The translations under genes were made by a program, and so were the position numbers. Under the pieces are notes generated by a model. That model was given only the letters and a program-made list of their open reading frames with translations. It was not told the DNA's origin and made no database searches. Of a stretch of 38,206 nt of DNA, positions 28,739 to 38,178 are shown one piece after another; within the stretch, counting starts at the first letter, position 1, and the number at the start of each line of letters is the position of its first letter. Source of the stretch: Gemmatimonadaceae bacterium (lineage in GTDB: Bacteria; Gemmatimonadota; Gemmatimonadetes; Gemmatimonadales; Gemmatimonadaceae); assembly GCA_033763905.1 (NCBI GenBank), contig JANRJP010000121.1, positions 1 to 38,206 of the forward strand. Direction: 5' to 3'.

Positions 28739-29642
28739 TCTGCTGCTCGCGTTGCTCGCGCTGGTGCTCACCCCGGAGACGGCGTGGGCCTGGACGCCGG
28801 GCACGCACGTCTTTCTGGGCGAAGCGGTGCTGCGCATCGCGCACACCTTGCCGCCGACGGTCGCCGCCCTGTTGCAGGCGTTTCCGTACGACTTTCTCTA
28901 CGGCTCGATCGCGGCCGATACGAGCATTGCCAAAAAGTACGTGCCGGTCGGCCGCCACTGCCACTCGTGGGCCGTGGGGTGGGAGATCCGCGATCGGGCG
29001 CGAGACGAGCCGCTGCAGGCTTTCGCGCTGGGCTACCTGGCGCATCTCGCTGCCGATGTCGTCGCGCACAACTTCTACGTCCCGCATCAGTTGGCCGTCA
29101 CGGCGAGCACCAGCACGATCGGCCACTCATACTGGGAAGCGCGGATCGACACCCACCTCGGCGAGCGATGGCCGCGCCGCGCGGTGGATGTGATTCGCCG
29201 CGATCACAGCCGAAGCGACGATCATCTCGACCGCATTCTCTCGCCGACGATCTTCAGCACGCCGACCAACCGCCGCCTGTTCCGCGGGATGGTGTACGCG
29301 GCTGATCTCGACAGTTGGCAGCGGCTCTTCCAGTTCGTGCGCGACAATTCCCGCTGGGACCTCCCCGACGCCGCCGTCGGCACCTACCTCGCGCGGTCGT
29401 ACGACTACATCGTGGACCTGCTGCACCGGGCCGACCGCGCCGAGCCGATCCGCTTCGATCCGAGTGGTGATGCCGCGCTACGCGAAGCCAAGCGCGTGCG
29501 GCGCAGTGCCTGGCGCGAAGGCGGCGACCCGGCGACGCGCGAAGAGGCGAGGCGCCATTTCGGGCTCCCCGCCTCTCCGCTCGACTACGCGGCCCTGCTG
29601 CCCGCGCCGCTTTATCCGCCGACGCGCGACGCCAGCAACTGA
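28731..29642 (+). CDS. Secreted zinc-dependent phospholipase C / P1-nuclease-fold protein
   Basis: Signal peptide ending AWA gives a mature N-terminal Trp (WTPGTH). Putative Zn-ligand motifs GSIAAD, HCH, GYLAHLAADVVAH and HSYWE. Confidence 0.85.
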   Translation: MPSLLLALLALVLTPETAWAWTPGTHVFLGEAVLRIAHTLPPTVAALLQAFPYDFLYGSIAADTSIAKKYVPVGRHCHSWAVGWEIRDRARDEPLQAFALGYLAHLAADVVAHNFYVPHQLAVTASTSTIGHSYWEARIDTHLGERWPRRAVDVIRRDHSRSDDHLDRILSPTIFSTPTNRRLFRGMVYAADLDSWQRLFQFVRDNSRWDLPDAAVGTYLARSYDYIVDLLHRADRAEPIRFDPSGDAALREAKRVRRSAWREGGDPATREEARRHFGLPASPLDYAALLPAPLYPPTRDASN

Positions 29643-31057
29643 TTGAGCTTGCGCGGATCGGCGCTGCCCTTCGACTTCTTCATCACGAAGCCGACGAGCA
29701 CCCCCTGCAACTTGGTCTCGCCGCCGATGAACCGGGCCGCTTCCGCCGGATGCTCGGCGAACACCTCGTCGATCCACCCGACGAGCGCGGAATCATCCTG
29801 CACCTGCACCAAGCCTTCGCGCGCGGCGATCACGGACGGCGCGTCGGCTGAGTCGAGCATCTTCGCGAGCACCTGCTTGCCAGCGCTCGCGCTGACCGTG
29901 CCCCCCTGCACCAACGCGATCAGCTCGGCGAGGCGCTGGGCGGTGACCGGATACGCGGTGATCGTGGTGCCGTTCGCGTTGCAGTAGGCCAGGACCTCAC
30001 CGGTGATCCAGTTGGCCGCCGCCTTGCCCTGCTTCGAGGCGGTGGCGACCGCCTCGAAATAGTCGGCGACCGCGCGGTCGGCGCAGAGGACATCGGCGTC
30101 CTGGGCCGACACGCCGTACGCCGACTCGAATCGGGCGCGCCGCGCCGCGGGGAGTTCCGGCACCGTCGCGGCAATGCGCGCCTGCTCGGCCGCCGACACG
30201 ATGAGCGGCGGGAGATCGGGCTCCGGGAAGTAGCGGTAGTCGTGGCTCCCTTCCTTGCTGCGCGCGGGACGCACTTCGCCCTTGGCCCCATCCCAGAGCA
30301 TCGTCTGCTGCTCGACCGTGCCGCCCGACTCGTACACCGCGATCTGCCGCAACGCCTCGGCCTCGATCGCACGTTCGACGCCCGAGAACGAGTTCATGTT
30401 CTTGACTTCCGTCTTCGTGCGGAAGGCCGTCTCGCCATCGCGGCGCACCGACACGTTGGCGTCGACGCGGAGCGAGCCCTCTTCCATCGAGCAGTTGCTG
30501 ATCGCGCAGTACTCGAGGATCTGCTTGAGGGCGCGGAGGTACGCCGCGGCATCCGCCGGCGTGCGCAGATCGGGCTCGCTGACGATTTCGGCGAGCGGAA
30601 CGCCGGCGCGGTTAAGGTCGATGGCGGTCGCGCCGGCGTACTTGTCGTGTACCGACTTGCCGGCGTCCTCCTCCATATGCAGTCGCGTGATGCCGATCCG
30701 CGTGCCGTCGGACAACACGACCGCCCCGCCGGTCGCCAAGGGGCGATCGAACTGCGAGATTTGATAGCCCTTCGGCAGATCGGGGTAGAAGTAGTTCTTC
30801 CGCGCAAAGATGCTCGTCTCGTGCACCGTCGCGCCGAGCGCGAGCGACGCCCGCGTCGCGAGCTCCACCGCTTCGCGGTTGAGGACCGGGAGCGCGCCGG
30901 GCAATGCCAGGCACACGGGACAGGTGTGGGTGTTGGGTGCCGCACCGAAGTCCGTGGAGCAGGCGCAGAAGGCCTTGGTGCGGGTGAGCAACTGCACGTG
31001 GACTTCGAGGCCGATCACCAGCGACCAGCCGACGGGGAGCGAGAACACGCGGCTCAT
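29612..31057 (-). CDS. gatB: Asp-tRNA(Asn)/Glu-tRNA(Gln) amidotransferase subunit B
   Basis: IGLEVHVQL, FARKNYFYPDLPKGYQISQ, HMEEDAGKS, GSLRVDANVS, EVKNMNS, DYRYFPEPDL. Confidence 0.99.
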   Translation of the reverse strand: MSRVFSLPVGWSLVIGLEVHVQLLTRTKAFCACSTDFGAAPNTHTCPVCLALPGALPVLNREAVELATRASLALGATVHETSIFARKNYFYPDLPKGYQISQFDRPLATGGAVVLSDGTRIGITRLHMEEDAGKSVHDKYAGATAIDLNRAGVPLAEIVSEPDLRTPADAAAYLRALKQILEYCAISNCSMEEGSLRVDANVSVRRDGETAFRTKTEVKNMNSFSGVERAIEAEALRQIAVYESGGTVEQQTMLWDGAKGEVRPARSKEGSHDYRYFPEPDLPPLIVSAAEQARIAATVPELPAARRARFESAYGVSAQDADVLCADRAVADYFEAVATASKQGKAAANWITGEVLAYCNANGTTITAYPVTAQRLAELIALVQGGTVSASAGKQVLAKMLDSADAPSVIAAREGLVQVQDDSALVGWIDEVFAEHPAEAARFIGGETKLQGVLVGFVMKKSKGSADPRKLNQLLASRVGG

Positions 31058-32514
31058 CGGTGGGCCTCCACGCCGAGCGCGCGTTCGAGCCCGTAGGCGG
31101 CGCGGAACATCGTGGCTTCGTCGAAGTGGGCCGCCAGGAACTGGCCGCCGACCGGCAGTCCATCCACGCGGCCGATCGGCTGTGACATCGCGGGGACGCC
31201 GGCAAGGTTCGCCGTCACGGTGAAGATGTCGCTCAGGTACATCTCGTAGGGATCGCTCTTGGCGCCGAAGGCGAAGGCCGGCGACGGCGTCGTCGGCGTG
31301 AAGAGGACGTGCACGCCATCGGCGAACACGCGGCGATAATCCTCGGCGATGCAGGCCCGGACGTCGAGCGCCCGCTTGTAGTAGGCGTCGTAGTAGCCGT
31401 GGCTGAGCACGTAGGTCCCCAGCAGAATGCGCCGCAGCACTTCGGGGCCGAAGCCCTTGGAGCGGGTGGCTTCGTACATCCCGCGCAGGCCGTCGCCGTC
31501 GACCCGCGAACCATAGCGGACGCCATCGAAGCGGGCGAGGTTCGACGACGCCTCGGCGGGGGCAATGATGTAGTAGGTCTGGATGGCGACATCCGTGTGC
31601 GGCAGCGACACGTCGCGCACCGTGGCGCCTGCGGCGCGCAGCGCATCGAGCGCGCGGTCGCAGCGCTCGCGGATGCGAGGATCGAGCGAGGCCGGGAAGT
31701 ATTCGCGCGGTACGCCAACCACGAGTCCGGCCAGCGGCGCGTCGGCCGCGTCACGGAATCGCGCGACCGGCACATCGGCCGAGGTCGCGTCCCGCGGATC
31801 GCGCCCGGAGATGATCTCGGTCCCGAGCGCAGCGTCGTCGACGGTGCGACCGAAGACGGCGATGTGGTCGAGCGACGACGCGAAGGCGACGAGCCCGTAG
31901 CGACTCACGCGGCCATAGGTCGGCTTCACGCCGACGATACCGCAGAAGGCCGCCGGCTGCCGCACCGAGCCGCCGGTCTCGGAGCCAAGCGCGATGGGGG
32001 CAAGTCCGGCGGCGACCGCCGCCGCGCTCCCGCCGCTCGACCCGCCGGGAACACGCGTCGGATCCAGCGGGTGCTTCGTGGGGCCGTAGGCCGAGTGCTC
32101 GGTGGACGAGCCCATCGCGAACTCGTCCATATTCGTCTTGCCGACGATCAACGCGCCGGCGGCACGCAGACGCGCCACCGCCGTGGCTTCGTACGGCGAC
32201 ACCCAACCGCGCAGCACGTTCGAGGCGCAGGAGGTTTCCATCGCGAGGGTGGCGATGTTCGCCTTGACCGCCACCGGGACGCCAGCGAGCGGCCCCGCCA
32301 AGCCATCCTGCACCAGCTGATCGACCTGCTCGGCGTCGGCCGCCACCGCGGCATCGTCGGTGTGGATGACGGCGTTCATCCCGTCGGGCCCGAGCGCCGC
32401 CTGGGTCCGCAGGGCGATGCCATCGCGGACGACGTCGGCAGCGCTCGCCCCGCCGGTCGACACGCGGTCGGCCAAGGCGGCGGCACTGAGCGCGAGCAAT
32501 TCGGTAGCGCTCAT
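31054..32514 (-). CDS. gatA: Asp-tRNA(Asn)/Glu-tRNA(Gln) amidotransferase subunit A
   Basis: GKTNMDEFAMGSS, PGGSSGGSAAAVA, GSETGGSVRQPA, AEASSNLARFDG, RRILLGTYVLS.GYYDAYY. Confidence 0.98.
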   Translation of the reverse strand: MSATELLALSAAALADRVSTGGASAADVVRDGIALRTQAALGPDGMNAVIHTDDAAVAADAEQVDQLVQDGLAGPLAGVPVAVKANIATLAMETSCASNVLRGWVSPYEATAVARLRAAGALIVGKTNMDEFAMGSSTEHSAYGPTKHPLDPTRVPGGSSGGSAAAVAAGLAPIALGSETGGSVRQPAAFCGIVGVKPTYGRVSRYGLVAFASSLDHIAVFGRTVDDAALGTEIISGRDPRDATSADVPVARFRDAADAPLAGLVVGVPREYFPASLDPRIRERCDRALDALRAAGATVRDVSLPHTDVAIQTYYIIAPAEASSNLARFDGVRYGSRVDGDGLRGMYEATRSKGFGPEVLRRILLGTYVLSHGYYDAYYKRALDVRACIAEDYRRVFADGVHVLFTPTTPSPAFAFGAKSDPYEMYLSDIFTVTANLAGVPAMSQPIGRVDGLPVGGQFLAAHFDEATMFRAAYGLERALGVEAHR

Positions 32515-32813
32515 TCGTCCACCGTTTCGTGCGTCGCGAGCCGCGGCACGAGGAAGAAGCCGTCGTACATCTGCGGAGCGAACGAATCACGCGACCGCGC
32601 CAGAGGCTGCGACGGTCCGACATCGTCCCGGAGCGGCATCCCGGCGCTCGGAGCGCCGGTGCCGCGTCCTGCGTCGACATCCACGCGCTGCAAGGCGTCC
32701 ATATGCTCGAGGATGCTTCCCAGCTGTGCCGCGAGTTCGGGTAGGCGCGCCTCGTCCACGCCTACGCGTGCGAGTGCTGCGATCCGACGCACTTCGGCTT
32801 CGGAAATGGCCAT
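32511..32813 (-). CDS. gatC: Asp-tRNA(Asn)/Glu-tRNA(Gln) amidotransferase subunit C
   Basis: EVRRIAALAR, L..IL, LRDD and AP….GFFLVPR. Directly upstream of gatA. Confidence 0.95.
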   Translation of the reverse strand: MAISEAEVRRIAALARVGVDEARLPELAAQLGSILEHMDALQRVDVDAGRGTGAPSAGMPLRDDVGPSQPLARSRDSFAPQMYDGFFLVPRLATHETVDE

Positions 32814-35149
32814 CACTCCGTCCCTCGTTCAAGATTGGCCTGCGCGACGACGAGGGTCTTCCGACCGATGGTCTCGTCATCGAAATCGATTCGCACCTTG
32901 GCATCACGTCCCGAACCGACCACTTCGGCAATACGCCCTTCGCCGAATTTCCGGTGCTTGACGCGCGCCCCGACCGTCAGCGCCGGGGCGTCTTGCGACT
33001 CCTCCGCCGGGTCCCAGGCCGCGACGGGCGCGCCGGGCCGACGAGTCGTCGGTGTCGGGGTCGGCGCCCAATCGTCGGGCGTCTCGCGCCACGCGCGCTG
33101 CCAGCGCGACGAGCCGGCCCCCAGCGAGGAGCCACTCCCGGAGCGCAGGCCGCCGTCGGCGCCAAAGCTCACGCGGCCGCTAGACCGCGCCTTCATCGTG
33201 TCGCGCTTCTCCAGCTGGCCGAGCACCGCGTCGAGGAAGCTCGAGCGCCGTCCCGCCATCAGTTCGCCGTTACGACGCCGCTGTTCGGCGTAGCTGAGGA
33301 AGAGCTTCTGCTCGGCACGCGTGATGCCGACGTAGAGCAACCGCCGCTCCTCTTCGAGCAGCGACGGATCCTCGAACGCCCGCGCCAACGGAAACAGCCC
33401 GTCTTCGAGGCCCGCGACGAACACGAGCGGGAACTCGAGCCCCTTCGCGTTGTGCAGCGTCATCAGCGTCACGGCATCGGCGTCCGCCGCCAACTGATCG
33501 ACGCCGGCCACCAGGGTTGCCCGCTGCAGGAAGTGATCGAGCGGCCGCAGACCCACTTCCCCATCGTCATCGGCCACGGTCTCGGCGGCCGATGTCACGA
33601 GTTCGCGCACGTTCTCGATGCGCTCCTGGCCTTCGGGGCCCTCGGCGCGGAGATGGTCGTAGTACCCCACCCCGTCGATCACGGCACGGAGGAGCTCGTC
33701 GACACCGGCGTCCGCCGCCTGCGTGCGCAGGCGCTCGATGAGCGACGCAAACGTGCCCAGCGCCGTGCGCTTGGCCGGCGGCAGCATTCCGAGCAGCTCC
33801 GCCCCCGCGGCGGTCGCGAGCATCGGCAGCCCCGCATCGCGCGCGGCCGCGGCGACGGCTTCGATGGTCGTGTCGCCGAGCCCGCGCTTCGGGACGGCGA
33901 TCGCGCGTCGGAACGCCTCGTCGTCGGCGGGATTCGCGATGAGCTTGAGGTACGCGACGAGATCGCGGATTTCGCGCCGATCGTAGAAGCGGGTGCCCCC
34001 CACCAGCCGGTAGGGAATCGCGTACCGCCGCAGGGACTCTTCGATTGCGCGGCTCTGCGAATTGGTCCGGTAGAGCACCGCCATCTCGCGCAACATCAGC
34101 GCGTCACGACCGCTGCGGCGGGCGCGCATTTCCTCGACGATCGCATCGGCTTCGTCGCGCTCGTCGGCGGCGCGAATGAGCGTCACCGGCTCGCGGCCCG
34201 GCCGCGTGGCCCGGAGCGTCTTGCCGCGGCGGCTGGTGTTCTCGGCAATGACCGCGTTGGCGAGATCGAGAATCGGGGGGGCCGAGCGGTAGTTCTCTTC
34301 GAGGCGGACGACCACCGCCGCCGGAAAGTCGCGCTCGAAGTCTAGGATGTTCTTGATGTCCGCGCCGCGCCACCCGTAGATGCTCTGGTCGTCGTCGCCG
34401 ACCACGGCTACGTTGCCGTGGGCACCGCCAAGCTGCGACACGAGCCGATACTGCGCCCGGTTGGTGTCCTGATACTCGTCGACGAGCAGCCAGCGGAAAC
34501 GGGCGCGATAGCGCGCCAGCGTGTCGGGTGACGCCTCGAACAGCCGCACCGGCAACACGAGCAGGTCGTCGAAGGTGACCGCATTCTGCTTCTGGAGCGC
34601 ATCCTCGAGCCGATCGTACACAGCCGACGCGGCCTTGCTGAGCGGATCGCGAGCGTGCTGCGCGTACTCCACGGGCGTCACGAGGGCGTTCTTCGCCGAC
34701 GAGATCTGCGAGAGCAGCGACTGCGGCGACCATTCCCGCGGTGAAATGCGCAGCTGCTCCATCAGCCGCTTGACCGTGTTCTGCGCGTCGTCTTCGTCGT
34801 AGATCGTGAACTGCGGGGTGCGCCCGAAGGCGGCCGCGTTCTCGCGGATCAGGCGCGCGCCGATCGCGTGAAAGGTGCCGGCCCACATCCCCGTGGCCGG
34901 CTCGCCGAGCAGCCGCTCGATGCGTTCGCGCATCTCGCCGGCCGCCTTGTTCGTGAACGTGACCGACAGAATTTCGCGTGGCGACACGCCGTGGTGCCGA
35001 ATGAGCCGGGCGATGCGTGTGGTGAGGACGCGGGTCTTGCCGGAGCCGGCGCCCGCGAGCACCAGCAGCGGGCCGGTGTGGTGCTCAACCGCCGCGCGCT
35101 GCGCAGGATTGAGGCCGGAGAGCGGGTCGGTGTCTCGCGCGACGTACAT
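32813..35149 (-). CDS. pcrA: ATP-dependent DNA helicase PcrA/UvrD
   Basis: LNPAQ, AGAGSGKT, TFTNKAA, VDEYQDTN, VGDDDQSIYGWRGA, LEENYRS, MTLHNAKGLEF, EERRLLYVGITRA and a C-terminal Tudor-like V.H.KFG.G. ATG start at 35149. Confidence 0.97.
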   Translation of the reverse strand: MYVARDTDPLSGLNPAQRAAVEHHTGPLLVLAGAGSGKTRVLTTRIARLIRHHGVSPREILSVTFTNKAAGEMRERIERLLGEPATGMWAGTFHAIGARLIRENAAAFGRTPQFTIYDEDDAQNTVKRLMEQLRISPREWSPQSLLSQISSAKNALVTPVEYAQHARDPLSKAASAVYDRLEDALQKQNAVTFDDLLVLPVRLFEASPDTLARYRARFRWLLVDEYQDTNRAQYRLVSQLGGAHGNVAVVGDDDQSIYGWRGADIKNILDFERDFPAAVVVRLEENYRSAPPILDLANAVIAENTSRRGKTLRATRPGREPVTLIRAADERDEADAIVEEMRARRSGRDALMLREMAVLYRTNSQSRAIEESLRRYAIPYRLVGGTRFYDRREIRDLVAYLKLIANPADDEAFRRAIAVPKRGLGDTTIEAVAAAARDAGLPMLATAAGAELLGMLPPAKRTALGTFASLIERLRTQAADAGVDELLRAVIDGVGYYDHLRAEGPEGQERIENVRELVTSAAETVADDDGEVGLRPLDHFLQRATLVAGVDQLAADADAVTLMTLHNAKGLEFPLVFVAGLEDGLFPLARAFEDPSLLEEERRLLYVGITRAEQKLFLSYAEQRRRNGELMAGRRSSFLDAVLGQLEKRDTMKARSSGRVSFGADGGLRSGSGSSLGAGSSRWQRAWRETPDDWAPTPTPTTRRPGAPVAAWDPAEESQDAPALTVGARVKHRKFGEGRIAEVVGSGRDAKVRIDFDDETIGRKTLVVAQANLERGTE

Positions 35150-36300
35150 CACTTCAAGATAATGTCGAAGGTGGCCCCGGGACCGCTCGTCGCGAGCGCG
35201 AGTTGGCCGCGGTGGCTCTCTTCCACGATGCGCCGGGCGAGCGAGAGCCCGATGCCCCATCCGTGCTCCTTCGTCGAGAATCCCGCCTCGAAGATCCGCG
35301 CGCGGAGCTCCTTGGGCACCCCGGGGCCGTCGTCGGCCACTCGCACCCGTACGCCGCCTTCGGGCACGGCGCTCACCGCGACGGCAATCCGTCCCCCGCG
35401 GCCGGCCAGCGCATCGATGGCGTTCTTCACCAGCGACTCCAGGACCCATTCGAGCAGCACGGCGTCGCCGTAGACCGTGAACGCCGTCGACGGGGGGATG
35501 TCGGTGGTGATCGCGATCTGGTGCGCCAGCGTCGGCACTCGGGCTCGGAAGTACTCCGCGACGCGCGCGGCCAAGGCGCCGACATCGACCGGATCGCGCC
35601 GCGGCGGGCGGCCGATGCGCTCGAAGCGGTTCGCGACCCGCGTCAGCCGCTCGAGGTCGCCGTCCATATGCTCCACCGCGCTGCCGAGCATCCCGTCGTG
35701 CTCGGCGCGATCCCGCAGCACTTCGATCCACCCCGACAAGGACGTCAACGGCGTGCCCAGCTGATGGGCGGCCTCGCGCGCCATCCCCATCCACACGTGC
35801 TCGCGCTCGGCCCGCTCGCGTGTCCAGAGCAGATAGCCGCCGAGCAGGAGCAGGAGCGCGAGCACTGCGCCCTGCAGCACCGGAATCGTCTGCAACTGCG
35901 AGACGAGCGGCGTGTTGCCGATGTGCACCTGCCCCATCCCGCGCTCCTCGATCGGCAGATGCTCCCGATCGAGCCGCTGCAGATAGCGGAGCAAGCGAGG
36001 ATCGGTAAGGGAATCCGGACGGAACGGCAGGTTGGCGTGCGCGGTGGGTCGTCCACTGGCATCGGTGACGATCACCGGCACGCCCATCTCGAGAATCTCG
36101 CGCGACAGGTCGAACACCGCGTTGTTCTGCGACTGCGTGGAAGTGTCGCCGAGCGTGCGGTAGATGCGCGCGTACATCCGCGCCGAGACCTCGGTCTCGC
36201 GCTGCAGCTCGGCGATCACCCCTTGGGTGAACACCGCATACCACCCGAGCAACGCCGCGACGGCGGCGACGACGAGGTAGACGGGCCAGCGCCCGCGCAC
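35149..36300 (-). CDS. Membrane sensor histidine kinase (two TM helices, HisKA, HATPase)
   Basis: H-box WMGMAREAAHQLGTPL, N-box LVKNAIDA, G1 DDGPG and F/G2 FEAGFSTKEHGWGIGL. Confidence 0.95.
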   Translation of the reverse strand: MRGRWPVYLVVAAVAALLGWYAVFTQGVIAELQRETEVSARMYARIYRTLGDTSTQSQNNAVFDLSREILEMGVPVIVTDASGRPTAHANLPFRPDSLTDPRLLRYLQRLDREHLPIEERGMGQVHIGNTPLVSQLQTIPVLQGAVLALLLLLGGYLLWTRERAEREHVWMGMAREAAHQLGTPLTSLSGWIEVLRDRAEHDGMLGSAVEHMDGDLERLTRVANRFERIGRPPRRDPVDVGALAARVAEYFRARVPTLAHQIAITTDIPPSTAFTVYGDAVLLEWVLESLVKNAIDALAGRGGRIAVAVSAVPEGGVRVRVADDGPGVPKELRARIFEAGFSTKEHGWGIGLSLARRIVEESHRGQLALATSGPGATFDIILK

Positions 36301-36304
36301 CGCG

Positions 36305-37579
36305 TTAACCCAGGACGTCCGTGCCGAGATACGGGCGGAGCACGTCCGGCACCCGTACGCGGCCGTCCGACTGCCGGTGATGCTCGAGCAGGCACGCGAT
36401 CGTGCGCGGGAACGCGAGGCCGGAGCCGTTCAGCGTGTGGACGAACCGCGGCTTCTCCCCCGGTCCCGGCCGATAGCGGAGATTCATCCGCCGCGCCTGA
36501 AAGTCGGTGAACAGCGAACACGACGAGACCTCGAGCCACTTCCCCGTGCCCGGCGACCAGCACTCGAGATCGAAGGTGATCGCGCTCGAGAATCCCGTAT
36601 CGCCGGCCGCGAGCAGCACCCGGCGGTAGGGCAGTTCCAGTTGCTCGAGCACCGTCTCGGCGTGGCGCGTCAGGACTTCGAGCGTCTCGCGCGAACGCTC
36701 CGGAGCCTCGTAGCGCACCAGCTCGACCTTGTCGAACTGATGCAACCGCAGCAGCCCCCGCGTGTCCTTGCCGGCAGCCCCCGCCTCGCGGCGGAAACAG
36801 GGCGTGTACGCGCACAGGGCCTTGGGCACGGCCGTCGGCTCGAGGATCTCGTCCCGATACAGATTCGTCACCGGCACTTCGGCCGTCGGAATCAGGAACA
36901 GCCCGTCGTTCGGGAGCGCGTACATATCGTCCTCGAACTTCGGCAGCTGCCCGGTCCCCGTCATCGAGGCGCGCGTGACCGCGAACGGTACCCACACTTC
37001 CTCGTAGCCGTGTTCGCGGGTGTGCAGGTCGAGCATATACTGCATCAGCCCGCGCACGAGCCGCGCGCCGATGCCACGGAAGGCGACGAAGCCCGAGCCG
37101 CTGACCTTGGCCCCGCGCTCGAGATCGAGCAACCCGAGCCGCTCGGCGATGACCCAGTGCGGGTTCGCGTCGTCGGTGGTGCGCGGCGTGCCCCACTCCT
37201 TGACGACGCGGTTGTGCGTTTCGTCGCCGTCGGGCACCTCGTCGAGCACGAGATTCGGCAGCTCCATCAGAATCTGCCCCAGCGCCGCCTCGGCCTGCGC
37301 CAATTCCGATTCAAGCCGCGCAATCTCTTCGCCGAGCGCGCGCGAGCGCGCCATCGGCTCCGAGGCGTCTTCGCCGGCCTTCTTCAGCCGCGCCACATCC
37401 TGGGTGACCTGATTGCGCGCCGCCTTCCGCTCGTCAGCGGCCTGGATGAGCAGCCGACGCTCTTCTTCCAGCGCCGCAGCGCGGCCGAGCGACGGGGCAA
37501 ACACCTCGAGCTTGCCGCGACGCGCCATCCCGTGGCGGAGCGCATCGGGGTGCTCACGCAACGTCCGGAGATCGTGCAT
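36305..37579 (-). CDS. serS: Serine--tRNA ligase
   Basis: N-terminal coiled coil, GTGQLPKF, LIPTAEVP, CFRREAG..GKDTRGL.RLHQFDKVE, EVSSCS and HTLNGSGLA. ATG start at 37579. Confidence 0.99.
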   Translation of the reverse strand: MHDLRTLREHPDALRHGMARRGKLEVFAPSLGRAAALEEERRLLIQAADERKAARNQVTQDVARLKKAGEDASEPMARSRALGEEIARLESELAQAEAALGQILMELPNLVLDEVPDGDETHNRVVKEWGTPRTTDDANPHWVIAERLGLLDLERGAKVSGSGFVAFRGIGARLVRGLMQYMLDLHTREHGYEEVWVPFAVTRASMTGTGQLPKFEDDMYALPNDGLFLIPTAEVPVTNLYRDEILEPTAVPKALCAYTPCFRREAGAAGKDTRGLLRLHQFDKVELVRYEAPERSRETLEVLTRHAETVLEQLELPYRRVLLAAGDTGFSSAITFDLECWSPGTGKWLEVSSCSLFTDFQARRMNLRYRPGPGEKPRFVHTLNGSGLAFPRTIACLLEHHRQSDGRVRVPDVLRPYLGTDVLG

Positions 37580-37587
37580 ATGGCGCC

Positions 37588-38178
37588 CTAGCGGGGAGGA
37601 AAATCCGTGGTCGGAAACTGACGCTGCCCGCAATTCTGGTCGGTCGCGACGCGCAACTTCACGGCGCGGTCCGACAAGCGGACACTGTCGACGACGGCCT
37701 TCGAGTATTGCGTCGTCTGGAACCCGAGGCAGCGGTTCGTCTGGAGCATAAAGGTCTCGCCCGGCCGGACCACGAGCGTCGAATCGAAGACATAGCCCGA
37801 GATCGGGGCTTCGTTGGCCGCGTCGAATGCCACCGACGACCGCATCAGCCCGACCGCCGGCAGCCCCAGCGTCGGCGCGGGGACCCACTTCCGCACCGGA
37901 ATGATCTTGATCCGCGGATCGCTCGGCGTGCTCGCGTCAACGTCGATCACGACGTCGTACGCGGCGTTACCCGACAGCGACACTTCAGCCCGCGCGGCGA
38001 AGATTTCGTTGGCGACCACGCCGAACGCGGCCGGAAACTCGAGCGGCGTGTCCGAGGCGCCGAACAGCCGGAGATACGCCGTCACGACGGGCTGCCGGGT
38101 CCCGAAAAAGTTGGTCTGGCTGCAGGCGGTGAGAACGACAGCGCCCGCCGTCAGGGCGGTCGCGAGCAAACGACGCAT
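37588..38178 (-). CDS. Hypothetical lipoprotein
   Basis: MRRLLATALTAGAVVLTA-C lipobox, beta-rich body and two further Cys. Confidence 0.8.
   Translation of the reverse strand: MRRLLATALTAGAVVLTACSQTNFFGTRQPVVTAYLRLFGASDTPLEFPAAFGVVANEIFAARAEVSLSGNAAYDVVIDVDASTPSDPRIKIIPVRKWVPAPTLGLPAVGLMRSSVAFDAANEAPISGYVFDSTLVVRPGETFMLQTNRCLGFQTTQYSKAVVDSVRLSDRAVKLRVATDQNCGQRQFPTTDFPPR

Noticed and set aside
35150..36244. Apparent 1143-aa helicase with a long N-terminal extension
   Set aside because: The extension is an alternative frame over the histidine kinase gene. Helicase homology begins at ATG 35149. The same artefact inflates the ORF calls for fhs, serS, the cyclophilin, the LpxH-like gene, rdgB, murI and nusA.
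5246..38178. Genome-wide TAG reassignment or pyrrolysine code as the explanation for the L7Ae amber codon
   Set aside because: TAG ends rdgB, lptE, the LpxH-like gene, the DUF948-like gene and the last lipoprotein at sensible positions. No other gene has an internal TAG, and no pyl genes or CUA-anticodon tRNA are in the window.
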